Shown here piece after piece: positions 52,149 to 64,000 of a stretch of DNA of 64,000 nt; the stretch's first letter is position 1, and each line of letters starts with the position of its first letter. The position numbers and the translations under genes are program-made. Origin of the DNA: Chiloscyllium plagiosum (Eukaryota); assembly GCF_004010195.1 (NCBI RefSeq), contig NC_057751.1, forward strand, positions 6,352,699 through 6,416,698, given 5' to 3'. Below the pieces are notes generated by a model. The model did not search any database. It was not told where the DNA came from and saw nothing but the letters and a program-made list of their open reading frames with translations.

Positions 52149-53253
52149 GTTGGCAAAGGGAGAGTCTCCCAATCAAAAGCAGTAAGTGTCTGACTGAGAG
52201 ACTGGAGGTACAGGGCATGCCACTTGAGAGTCATTCCTCTTTGCCCTTGTTGATAATCCCCCTGCTCCGTTCTCCCATTAATCCTAACTTTACAAATACC
52301 ACATGCTCCACAAGTCACTTCACTAACTCCTGAGTCCTCCATCGTCCTGGGTGCTCTACCACCAGCATCCATGGCCAACTCTGCGGCAGCGCTGAGTTCA
52401 AAAGCTGCCAATCACGAATTGGCAGACAGATTTTCCTGGGCAGGGCACCTGCTTCTCAGCAGTTAATTCCAAGCAAAGGTCTGATGGTGGGCTTTCCAGT
52501 GCCTAATAATATTTGGCAGTCCTTCTCTCGCGGAGGCAGCATGGGTGTCTTGCTTGCTGAACAACTGCTGGCCACCTCAAAAGTTCCTGCCCACAGTCAC
52601 TTGTTCACTCAGGTGCCAGATTCCCTTCAGAGGTCACAGCAATATTTCCAGCAAATTGCAGGGTAATCCAATATACCCACCACTGGCAAAATACAGCTGC
52701 AGTACGTGCTGACTGCAAGATGCATGACATAGCAACTAACAAATACGTCTTTGAAGGAACTGTCCAAACCCACAACTTCCACTACGTAGAACTGAGAGGG
52801 CAGCTGGCAAATGAGAACACCAACACCTCTCTGTTCTACTCCAGCTCACAAACCATCCTGATGAAGAAACATTCCATCACCAAGGCTCCCTCTAAACTGT
52901 GCAGCAAGGTAGTGGCTTGGAGGGTCTACACACGACAACCTGTATGTGAACACATTGACTTTCGCTTCCAGAAATCACATCCAACGTGAGGACCTCAGAA
53001 GTCTGCACAGCAGTAGGAAAAATTAGAGGAAGCAGAGGATATTAGGCTCGTTCAGATTTCGAGCATCCATAGTTCTTTGGATTTTTTGTATAGGATATCA
53101 ATCTTCTTGGATCAAAATACTAAAACATCCATTTCTCACAGTGCTCCAGAGCACCTTCAATGCATGAAGTTCAGGCTTCAAAAATGTCACTCACCGCCAC
53201 ATTCTCAAGGCCCAGTGGGATTAACTGTAAATGTTGACTTCATCAGCATTGAA

Positions 53254-53535
53254 GGCAACATGGTGGCTCCGTGGTTAGCACTACTGCCTCACCGTGCCAG
53301 GGACCTGGGTTTGATTCCAGCTTTGGGTGACTGTCAGCCAGTGTGACCTTTTCACATTTTCCCTGTGTGCGTGGGTTTCCTCTTGGTGTTCCAGTTTCCT
53401 TCCACAGTCCAAAGATGTGCAAATGAGTTGAGTTAGTCATGCTAAATTGCCCATAGTATCCAGGGATATACTGACAAGTTGGATTAGCCATGGTTACTGC
53501 AGAGTATGGGGATGGGGTGGGTTCGGGTGGGATGC
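53254..53535 (+). mobile_element. HE1-related SINE, 3'-truncated
   Basis: GGTGGCTCCGTGGTTAGCACT head and V-domain. Confidence 0.85.
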
Positions 53536-53554
53536 TGTTTGTACAAATGGATGC

Positions 53555-54062
53555 TGTACAAACGACCAGCAAAACAAATGCCATTTACAAAATACCTTGC
53601 AAGGACTGGAACAAACATCGGCCAAACAGGCAGAAAACTAGCCACCAAGTTACATGAACGTCAACTAGCCACAAAAAGACATGACCCATGATCACTAACT
53701 TTATATACAGACCAGGAAGGACACCACTTTGACTGGGTCAACTCATCCATTGTTGGACAAGCTAAACAGAGACACGAACGGGAATTCCTAGAGAACTGGT
53801 GTTCGAACCGGAACTCCATCAACAAACACATCGATTTGGACCCCTTCTACCATCCTCTGAGAAAAAGAGCCAGAAATGATATCACCCATCCCAAGAAACC
53901 AAGACACATAAATAGAAAGTGGGACATAACACCAGTGCTTCACCAGAGGCTCACTGATGATGTTACCTAGTACGGTGACAAAACAGCTGAAAGCAAACCT
54001 TCCAGTTCAGTGAGCAAACTTACATCCAGAACCTCAACCTGAGCCACAAATGTTCTCAAAAC
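53555..54062 (+). mobile_element. Poseidon-type PLE 3' end (GIY-YIG and terminus)
   Basis: NAIYKIPCKD...IGQTGRKLATKLHERQLATKRHD; hammerhead-like CTGATGA-GTTACC..GGTGAC at 53954. Confidence 0.9.
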
Positions 54063-54081
54063 TCTACAGAGGGTCACTGCT

Positions 54082-54590
54082 AGAGTCATAGAGATGTACA
54101 GCATGGAAACAGACCCTTCAGTCCAACCTGTCCATGCCGACCAGATATCCCAACCCAATCTAGTCCCATCTGCCAGCACCTGGCCCATATCCCTCCAAAC
54201 CTTCCTATTCATATACCCATCCAAATGCCTCTTAAATGTTGCAATTGTACCAGCCTCCACCACATCCTCTGGTAGCTCATTCCATACACGTACCACCCTC
54301 TCCGTGAAAATGTTGCCCCTTAGGGCTCTTTTATATCTTTCTCCTCTCACCCTAAACCTATGCCCTCTAGTTCTGGACTCCCCGACTCCAGGGAAAAGGT
54401 TTTGCCTATTTATCCTATCCATGCCCCTCATAATTTTGTAAACCTATATAAGGTCACCCCTCAGCCTCCGACACTCCAGGGAAAACANNNNNNNNNNNNN
54501 NNNNNNNNNNNNNNNNNNNNNNNNNNNNNNNNNNNNNNNNNNNNNNNNNNNNNNNNNNAGGACCTTACCATTAAGTGTATAAGTGTATAA
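54082..54590 (-). mobile_element. CR1/HER1 3' fragment (contains a 71-N gap at 54488-54558)
   Basis: MRGMDRINRQNLFPGVGESRTRGHRF peptide and 3' UTR. Confidence 0.95.
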
Positions 54591-55969
54591 GTTGACTTAA
54601 TGGGCTGAATGGCTTGCTTCCACAATGTAGGGATTCCATGCTTACATTCTGTGAGTGAATAAAAAAGAAAGAACTAACAGTGGGCATGATTAGTTGATTG
54701 GAATCCTTTGTCCACCGTGATGAAAGTAACTTTCAATTTATCAGTCTCTTTCTTTTTATTTTATTTTCATTGTCTTATTGACCTGGAACAGATTAGCTGT
54801 GTCAATGTATGTTGCCTTGAAAAATACATTTGATATCCTTTCCTGTAGTTCCAAATGGGCAATTAATATGACAACATTTAAATACACGACTAAATACGAT
54901 TCCATTTGAATGAAATGACCTGCAGGCAACTCCAATGGTGAAAGTCAACGCAATTGCTCCCAAATCTGCCTCCAGTGTCCATAGCTGTGCAACACATAAT
55001 GATATATGGCCCTATTATTGAAATATAACATTTATGCTCAATGAGTTATTTCTATTTTGATTAACTCATGCAGAGATCGAGGCCTCAAAGGGAAGCGTAA
55101 TCATCTCTGAGATTGACGCATCCAAATGTTTTAAACTGCTGTGTCATCGGTGGGAATGATCACTGATGATTGCAATGTGTTCAGCACCATTCACTCCATC
55201 TTCCACCAGAGCACAGTAACAGTCATGCGGACCATCTGCAGGATGCACTGCAGCAAATCAGTTGAAGGCTCTTTCAACAACACTTCCCAAATCCATGACC
55301 CCACACTACCTCGAACAAGGGCAATTGATGCAAGCACTGAACTTTTAAATGATTGCGGCAATAGCTGCTAATTCATCTTTGTGGAACTTGCCTCCAGGGA
55401 CCTGCTGAGTTTCACCCTCAGCATGGGACCCATCTGCTGCTGGCCTGTCATGTCCCCAGTCTGAACTCACCTGCCAGTTAAATGCCATTAATTGGCTCTC
55501 AGCCATATCTGGGTATGTAACTGGTTCCATTACACTCCCCTCTGATGAGATCAATCAGAGCAGGAAATCATCAGTTGGTTGACCTGCATTTTCAAACTTC
55601 CTTGCCTTCAGACTTCTTCAGAACCACTGACAACAATGCAGTTACAATCTGCTGGAATCATCCCATTCATCATTTATTCTTGAGAGCTCGTGTTTTGTGA
55701 TGCCAGCACATAAATTTTTAAAGTTTACTTTCAAGGAATTGTTTGTCAGTTTGGAGTTGAAGATCTGTTGTCATGAAAGTGGATCTCAAACACTGATCCC
55801 GAGACAGACTGCTTTGTCACCCAATGTGTTTGGTTCAACAAAATCACTATCAACTCAAATAAAAGCCAAGCAGTTTCAGAATTAATCCCGAAGCTCGACT
55901 GTTTGACATATTACAAAAACCACAACAGCAATTTGATCACAGCCACTTACGGTGTTCATTTCACTTTCC

Positions 55970-56295
55970 TGAAATGGATAGGGTGAATAGCCAAGGTCTT
56001 TTCCCTGGGGTGGGGAAGTCCAAAACTAGGGAGCATAGATTTAGGGTAAGAGGGGAAAGATTTAAAAGGGACCTGAGGGGCAACTTCTTCAGTGTGTGTG
56101 TGTGTGTGTAATGAGCTGCCAGAGGAAGTGGAGGCTGGTACAATTACAGCATTTAAAAGGCACTTGGATGGGTATATGAATAGGAAGGGTTTAGAAGGAT
56201 ATGGGCCAAGTGCTGGCAAATGGGACTAGATTAGGATGGGATATCTGGTCAGCACGGACAGGTCTGTTTCCGTGCTGTATATTTCTTTGATTCTA
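55970..56295 (+). mobile_element. CR1 3' fragment with internal (TG)n
   Basis: CR1 3' motifs; GT repeat at about 56092-56109. Confidence 0.9.
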
Positions 56296-56619
56296 AGACT
56301 ATTACCGAATGAAACAAAGAAAAGAGAACTTAACCCCAGTCTGATGTCTGCAGTGTTAAGAAATGCTCACTCCTCGTACCAATCTTTCAGCTTTGATATC
56401 ATAGCCTTTACCAGTGTTCGGACTTACTAAGGATTTAGACATAATTCACTGGACTTAAATTTCTAATTTCCTCAATGTTTAAAGAACCACCTTCACTCAT
56501 ATTTTACAGGCAAGATTAGTTGACAGATCAGCATGGAGACTTGAAGAGGCCTGACATTATAATACAGGTGAGTGATTGATTAACCGAGAGAAAGATCAAC
56601 ATATTAACAAATCCCTTGT

Positions 56620-56832
56620 GTGCCTGTATGGAATGAGCTGCCAGAGGAAGTGGTGGAGGCAGGTACAATGACAGCATTTTAAAGGCATCTGGATGGGTAT
56701 ATAAATAGGAAGAGATTAGAGGGATATGGTCCAAATGCTAGCAAATGGGACAAGATTAATTTAGGGTATCTGGTCAGCATGGACGGGTTGGACCAAAGGG
56801 TTTGGTTTCCACACTGTATATCTCTGACTCTA
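56620..56832 (+). mobile_element. CR1 3' end
   Basis: TGGAATGAGCTGCCAGAGGAAGTGG through to CTGACTCTA. Confidence 0.9.
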
Positions 56833-57299
56833 CTGACCTTTCACATGTCTCAGTGCTAGCTGCCATCTCAGAATTTTCACAAACTGATGACATTTGTGCT
56901 CAGAGCCATATTTCAATCATATTTTCTGTTAAAAATGTTCATATATTACGTTGGTATTTGTTTAATGTTGTACAAGAAGGTCAATGTCTCATGCCTGATC
57001 ATTTCTTGATAGGACAGATGTGGAAGGTATCAGCTTGTCAGCAAAGTTGAAGTCCAAAGAATAAATGCAACAGTAGAATGGTGGCTGAGTGACAGCGAAG
57101 AGAGTGGTAGTAAACTGTTGTTTCTTGGTGGAGGTACGTAGACAGTGGACTTCCCTGATGGTTGATCATATGATCATTGTTTGTCTTGTTTTATAATTAT
57201 GAGCTGTATGTAATTATACAGGAGACAATTTTAAAATCCGTAAATTACACAAAATGTTCCTTTCTTTTGGGAATGAATTTCGCCTTCTTTACCCAATCT

Positions 57300-57670
57300 G
57301 TGACTCCACAACCCGAGCAAAGCTAGATTCACTGGGAAGCAGGGCAAAACTCTTTGCTGCTTGGAGTTATACCTGACAGAAAGGAAGATGATTGTAGTTG
57401 TTTGGAGGTCAGTCATCTCAGTTCCAGGACATCTCTGAAGGAGCTCCTCAGAGGGGTGTTCAATGGCCAACCATCTTCATCAACGACCTTCCCTCTATGA
57501 TTAAGTTATAAATGGGAATGATCACTGACGATGACAACATGTTCAGCACCATTTGCTATTCATCAGATCATAAAGCAATCTGTATTCAAATATAGCAAGA
57601 TCTGGACAATATCCAAACTCGGGCTGACAAGTGGCTAGTAATATTTGCGCCAAACTAATGCCAAACAATG
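57300..57670 (+). mobile_element. Second-family LINE RT fragment
   Basis: Reverse-complement homologue of 23240-23520. Confidence 0.7.
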
Positions 57671-57949
57671 GCAGCCAAAGGCATTATGGGATATGGGTCA
57701 AGGGCAGAGAAATAGAGTTAGGACACAATTCAGCCATATTCTAAAAGCATATCACAGATTAGCCTTGAGTACCTCAGTGGCTAATCTAATCTCTATTCAT
57801 ATTAAGTTGTACTGAATCAGGGGCTCACAGACCATAGCAAGTTAAATAAAAGCATTCCTGCCTTGTGTTGAAAGCCCATTCATGTGCCACTGCACTTTTT
57901 AAAACAGACAGATTTAATCTAACCTTTTAATGTTCTGCTGTAACATTTC

Positions 57950-58670
57950 TAGAGTCATACAGATACGCAACATGGAATCAGACCCTTTAGTCCAACCCAT
58001 CCACGCTGACCAGATATCCCAAATTAATCTAGTCCCATTTGTCAGATTTTGGCCGTTATCCCTCTGAACCCTTCCTATTCATATACCCATCCAGATGACT
58101 TTTAAATGTTGCAATTGTACTAGTGTCCACCACTTCCTCTGGCAGCTCATTCCATACATGCGTGAAAAAGATTCCCCTTTGGTCCCTTTTAAATCTTTCC
58201 TCTCTCAATTTAAATCTATGCCCTCTAGTTCTGGTCTCCCCCACCCCAGGGAAAAGACTGGCGATTCGCCCTATCCATGCCCCTCATGATTTTGTAAACC
58301 TCAATAAGGTCATCCCTCAGCCTCTGAAGCTCCAGGGAAATTAGTCGCACCATATTCAGCCTCTCCCTACAGCTCAAATTCTCCACCCCTAGCAACATCC
58401 TTGTAAATCTTTTCTGAACCCTTTCAAGTTTCACAACATCCTTCCTATAGTAGGGAGAGCAGAATTGACTGTAGTATTTCAAAAGTGGTCTCAAAGATCT
58501 CCTGTACAGCCACCATATGACCTCCCCACTCCTATACTCAGTGTTCTTCTCAATAAAGGCAAGTGTCCACAACACCTTTTTCACTGTCCTGTCTACCTGC
58601 AACTCCGCTTCCAAGGACTATGAACCTGAACTCAAAGGTTTCTTTGTTCAGCAACACTACCCAGGACCTT
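57950..58670 (-). mobile_element. CR1 3' fragment
   Basis: RKDVVKLERVQKRFTRML...DLIEVYKIMRG. Confidence 0.95.
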
Positions 58671-59849
58671 TCCGTCACTGATGCTAAATCAGGACATGTG
58701 CATTGTTATGTGTGTGATTTGTGATGTAGGATTCTGCCACAAGAGGAATTGTATTCAACCTGTTGTATACCTTTAAGATCTTGTTGTCCAATTACTGTAA
58801 TTAGTCACAGGGTGAGGGTCACAAAATGCTTAAGAAACATTTGAATATTAAATCGCCTGTTCCCTTCAAGATCAGAAGGAACCAGCAAAACATAATCTGC
58901 TTTCTTCTTCTTCTTATTCTGAAACCTGCTTTAAATATGACACAGAGATTAGCATGTACAACTGAGAGTCATCCTTGCCAGAGTGACTGGCATGGCACAG
59001 ATCCTTGAGAGACTGAGGATGATTGATAGATGAAAATAAGTCAGAAATATTAGAAGGTTTTTGATCATGTCAGTGTTCACATCAGCAGGCCTTGTGCAGT
59101 TGGAGTAAATGGTTGGATGCCATTTAAATTACATCAAGCATGTGATACACCGACATTTGTATAAATGAGAACAGATCATAACCTACACTTCTAATCCAGG
59201 ATGTGTAATCAGCCTGGGCTTGTATCGCCAGGTTCTGTTTTCACTTCATGCCCTGATATTAATGCAAAGTGACAGCTGATAATAAAGGACTGTCAATATT
59301 ATACTGTGTCACCTAATGTGCAAGTATATTTGAGATATTGATATTTAGCACATGGTGCCATCCCTAATAACCACTGTAATTTCATATCTGCAAGCCAGGG
59401 GAAGCATTTGCATCGAGAAAATGTAATTTTTTCCTCTCTCTGTTGCCAATAAGTCTGCATAAATTTGTGATAACAGTATTGGAGCTGGGCTATTGAGAGA
59501 AATATTAGTGATTTATTAATCTTATTTTATGATGGCTTCATGATCCAGTACAATATTGTATGGCATGTGTGCCCTTTTTATTGCTGGTCTGATTTACGTA
59601 TCTATTGGCGTTGATATTTAGTTAATTTAGTTTTGTTAGCATTTCAAAATACTCCAGTGTGTTACTGTCCAGAATGCTGAAACCTGTGCAATACAATCTC
59701 TGCTTTATTGTCACTAATTGTTTTTTCTCCTTAATGATTATAAGGCTGATCAGTTTAGATTTTTGACCATCCCCTCGAATGCGGTTATAATTCACCTCGA
59801 AAAGTTTTGACCAACTGCACCAGGTTTATAACATGAATGACTTTAATTT

Positions 59850-61313
59850 TTATAGCTACTTTCGTGACAGCATTGCATTCCAGGCCACTTTGCAGCCCAT
59901 TAAATACTTCTAAAGTGCTGTTACTGTTGTAATTCAGGGAGCTTCAGCAGCCAAATAATGCACAGTAAAGTGAAATGAGAAAATAAAACAGGCTATCTGT
60001 TTTCGTGACATCCATTGAGGTGAACATATAGACCAGGATATGGTTGAGAACTTTATTCCTCTTCTCCAGGTTGGACATAGAACATAGAACAGTACAGCAC
60101 AGTACAGGCCTTTCGGCCTTCAAAGTTGTGCCGGACTTTTATCCGACTCTTAAGATCAGATTAACCGACGTACCCTTTATTGTACTTTCTTCCATGTGCC
60201 TATCCAAGAGTTGTTTAAATGTCCCTCATGTATCTGTCTCTATTCTTACTGCTGGAAGTGCATTCCATGCACCCACCACTCTCTGAGTGAAGAATCTACC
60301 TCTGACGTCTCCCCTAAACCTTCCTCCAAAAACCTTAAAATTATGCCCCCTCATAATAGACATTTCTGCTGTGGGAAAAAAGTCTCTGGCTATCGACTCT
60401 CGTATGCTTCTCAACATTTTGTACACCTCTATCAAGTCACCTCTAATCCTTCTTTGCCGCAATGAGAAAAGCCCTCCCTCCCTCAACCTTTCTTCATAAG
60501 ACATGACCTCCATTCCATGCAGCATCCTGGTAAATCTCCTCTGCATTCTCTCTAAAGTTTCCACATCTTTGCTATAATGAGGCAACCAGAACTGAACACA
60601 ATATTCCAAGTGTGGTCTAACAAAGACTCTGGAGAGCTGCAGCATAACCTTGAGGCTCTTAAACTCAATCCCCCTGCTAATAAAACCCAACACCTAATAT
60701 GCCTTCTTATAAACCCTATCAACCTGGATGGCAACTTTGAGGGGTCTATGGACATGGAACCTTTGTTTCTCCACACTACCAAGAATCCTACCTTTAACCC
60801 TGTATTCTGCAATCAAATTCAACATCACGCTTTTCCAGGTTGAACTCCATCTGCCACTTATCAGCCAAGTTCTGCATCCTGTCAATGTCCCATTGCAAAC
60901 CACAACAGCCAAATTTCCCTATATCTCATGCCATATCAAATGCCTTGTTAAAATCCATGAACACCACATCCACTGCTCTACCTTCATCAACATATTTTGT
61001 CACATCCTCAAAGAATTCAATAAGGCTTGTGAGGCATGACTTGCCCTTCTAAAAGCCATGTTGACGATCTTGAATGAAAGTATGATACTCCAAGTAATCA
61101 TAAATCCTGTCTCTCTGGTTGTTTTAGTTGAGAATACAGACAGGGCTTTGAGCTAAATGTCTCATCTAAAACACAGCATTTTCAAAGGTATGATACTCGC
61201 TCAGGACTATCCGTGTGTTAGTCTGGATTTCATAGTGAGGTCTCCAGAAAGGGAACTGAATCCACAAACCTCTGACTCTAGAACACAAATGCTAACACAC
61301 TGAGCCACAGCTG
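59850..61313 (-). mobile_element. DeuSINE (SacSINE1-like) split by CR1: body about 59850-60068, tRNA-like head about 61150-61313
   Basis: Head reverse reads CAGCTGTGGCTCAGTGTGTTAGCA...GGTTTGTGGATTCAGTTCCC; the body resembles the remnants at about 18330-18470 and 31220-31380. Confidence 0.6.
60075..61115 (-). mobile_element. CR1 fragment (TTCTATG-tail subfamily)
   Basis: VRPHLEYCVQFWLPHYSKDVETLERMQRRFTRM; CATAGAA repeats at 60077-60090. Confidence 0.95.
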
Positions 61314-62148
61314 GTACAGTATTAATGCTCTAAGTTGCACACAGTTGTTTGCAGAGTCTGAAAGAGCAGTCAAGCTATTTCAGGCCAAATACAAATCAAT
61401 GGTATTTCTGTCTTTATGTATTAAATTTAGTTATATTCTTCCATCACTGTTGACTGCCTAAAATCAAGGAAGTACACTGATATTTAATTTCCATCACTGT
61501 TTACTTTGTCTGGAGAAATATTCTCATGCATGAACAGATTGCCAAACAACCCTTGCATTTTTAAAGGTATTCTGAGGTTTGGTCTTAAGTTGCAATGCTT
61601 TTCTGATCCATTGATTGGATTTGTACTGTCAACATGTCAATTCATTAGGTCATTATTGGTTATTCATTTGCTTTTTTTTTATAAGGTACTGTAAATATAC
61701 TCCACAAATTAAACTCAAAATGAAGTCTGAGGATATTTTGCTCATTAAACTCAATCATTAAAGACAAGAAAAATGCAATAGACATACAAGATAATTCAAG
61801 TAAAAAAAAAACCAGAAATGAAGTTCCAATCACTCTTTTGGAATAGTTACCAAAACATGAGCTGGCTTCCAAAGGCTCGTGTAGGTGTCAGTGGAAGTAC
61901 AGTACATCCAGTTTAGATGAAACTACAAAATTAACATGAACAGTTATAGAATAAAATTCAGAAGCACCTTTTGATCTTTGCAGCTCAGTGTTTGGATTTA
62001 CTTTTATTTTACAGGGAAGGTTATCTTCATCATCAACAAATTAAAATTCTAAGAGGACCATTAACGTCATACATGTTGTATTTTGTAAGGAGATCATGAG
62101 CAGTATATGCAACATGGGAGATCTCTTGTTATGTACAATAAAGATAAA

Positions 62149-62316
62149 TGATTTGGAGATGCTGGTGTTGGATTGGGGTGTACAAAGTTATAAATCACAC
62201 AATGCTAGGTTATAGTTCATCGGTTTTATTTGGTAGCACTAGCTTTTAGAGCGCTGCTCCTTCATCAGGTTCCCAAATAAACCTGTTGGTCTATAACCTG
62301 GTGTTGTGTGATTTTT
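62149..62316. mobile_element. Fold-back PLE terminus (GGAGC-stem family)
   Basis: 12-bp TSD AATAAAGATAAA at 62137-62148 and 62317-62328; hammerhead core on minus at about 62240-62268. Confidence 0.9.
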
Positions 62317-62384
62317 AATAAAGATAAAGTTCACATAGAGTAAATTGGATTGACCTGTCACTTCAATAGATCATTATTCAGTGA

Positions 62385-63000
62385 GAAAACAAGTTGCTCA
62401 TTGTCATGTTGGTGTTCTCCTTTATGCCGTGTTAAACTTGGAGATCTCAGGCAAATGTTACATATGAAGCATTGGATGGAGGCATGGTTCAAGACGTACT
62501 TTGTCATGTGCTCACATGTCCCCGAAAGACCTGACACTGTTCTTCTCAAATGTTGGGTTGTCTTGATGACAGATACTTTGCTTTGCAGAGTTATTTGCAT
62601 CCACATAACTGGATACAACTTACAGACTCTGAGACTGGCTTTCAAAATATCTTTATGTTTAATTTGGGACATTTTAAGGTGTGGGTTCCTATGCAATGCT
62701 GGCTGGAGAACATTGCCTTCCAAATGCTGGAATCTTCCATACAAATCAGATGCTCGACCCAGTGAAGCTGAGCTCTGTCTCAGAATAAAGATCGTGTTCT
62801 GACAGATCGCAGGTGTCATACCTCCTCTAACTGAATCTGAGGCATGGACAGCCTGCCAACTTCAATTAAAACAAATAGGTGAATTTCACCCTTTTCTCTT
62901 GGCAAACATGAAGTAACAGGACAATATCCCTTCCATCCAAGTTCTTGCGAAGTGCAACATATCTTGAATCAAAAGCATGCATACAAAGAATGCAGGAAAT
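62385..63000 (-). mobile_element. RTE-clade LINE C-terminal relic
   Basis: QLHWVEHLICMEDS (compare LRW.GH..RM), KDILKASLRVC and a terminal FICNICLR...H zinc-finger-like motif. Confidence 0.7.
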
Positions 63001-63896
63001 CCTTGTTGAATATTGTCAGATGTAGATTCAACATCACAAAATTATTGGGACCTAATATCTTGAGCATTATAAAATTCACTTCAATATTATTTACTGTACC
63101 TGACCCCCAATTAGTTACATTTGACATGACCCCTCTCACTTTCTAATTTGCGGACTCGCCTCATGCTGCTGCCTGCACAAGTGAGCACCCAACCACCAGT
63201 CACAGACCAACTGCTGGAGCTGTTGTCCGTCCCGGCTATCTGATAACATATTCTGGGAAAGACAGCAGTGACCATTGTCTCTGGCTGCCACCAATCCCAG
63301 TTCGCAACTGGACACAACACTTATCAGGTGTCTTTGGGTCCCCGGTCCTCCAATTTCAGTGGCCCAGTGGTCCAAATAAATGGAAGGATGCAGGGGAGAG
63401 CCCAAACTTCACCCAGACCCGAGCAGTCACCACCCTCCACCACAAACTTTTCTTCACTGAATCCCATCTCCCTTTCCCTACACAGAATGACAGAATTAAT
63501 AACTACCTTTTCACAGAGACTACCACACAGCACGAATCAGGCATCACCAAGTATTTGATTTGGCAGTAGAGAAAAAATATATAAGCATTTTCAAGGGACC
63601 ACTCAGGGATCAGTTCCAGTTCCACACCACCCATTGCTGCTTCTCAGCTTGTGACTCCACAATGTTGTCTTGAGGCTGCACTTGGGATTGTGACACAAAG
63701 AGTGGGATGCCTTGACCTGTAATGTAGAAGATGCACATAAATCACAGTGTTGCTTATGACTCAAAGTCATAGACTGTACATATTACATGACAGGTTATTT
63801 GCATTCCACATTGGATCACAGATTGTGCCTTGTTTGACAGGAAGATACAGATATTCCATTTCCAAGAAAAGACTTTAAGCATCGTCAGAAGTTCAT

Positions 63897-63968
63897 AGAA
63901 GAATACAGCGCAGTACATGCCCTTTGGCCCTCGATGTTGCGCCGATCCAAGCTCACCTAACCTATACT
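63897..63968 (-). mobile_element. 72-bp CR1-type 3' stub
   Basis: Perfect 19-bp TSD AGCATCGTCAGAAGTTCAT at 63878-63896 and 63969-63987; reverse matches the CR1 3' stem at 17015-17068. Confidence 0.9.
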
Positions 63969-64000
63969 AGCATCGTCAGAAGTTCATCCCGATGGAATGT

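Noticed and set aside
52720..52989. 89-aa ATG-initiated ORF
   Set aside because: No recognisable domain or splice context; the length is expected by chance.
1..64000. CRISPR array, rRNA or prokaryotic operon
   Set aside because: No regularly spaced repeats or gene-dense segment; the direct repeats seen are paired TSDs.

Overview
Repeat-dense, apparently intronic or intergenic vertebrate DNA from a cartilaginous fish. The HE1-type tRNA/V-domain SINEs with (TAATC)n tails and the CR1/HER1-type LINE 3' ends point to a shark, plausibly a bamboo/carpet shark; this is inference. No intact host protein-coding gene is recognisable, and nearly all ORF-track entries are LINE, SINE or Penelope read-throughs. 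Content: many truncated CR1-group LINEs, HE1 SINEs, old L2/DeuSINE remnants, several solo LTRs, a decayed Gmr1-like (integrase-before-RT) Gypsy element, Harbinger transposase and Myb relics, an RTE relic and three assembly gaps. The main structural theme is a dense population of Penelope-like element (PLE) termini. About 20 carry minimal hammerhead-ribozyme cores (CTGANGA-stem-GAAA). Many form fold-back insertions with 10-16 bp target-site duplications, a shared arm end-point and a 32-38 nt unpaired tail. One has captured 33 bp of nearby genomic DNA. A few repeat-free islands resemble conserved enhancers or short + strand exons. All calls were made by eye, and boundaries without TSDs are approximate.
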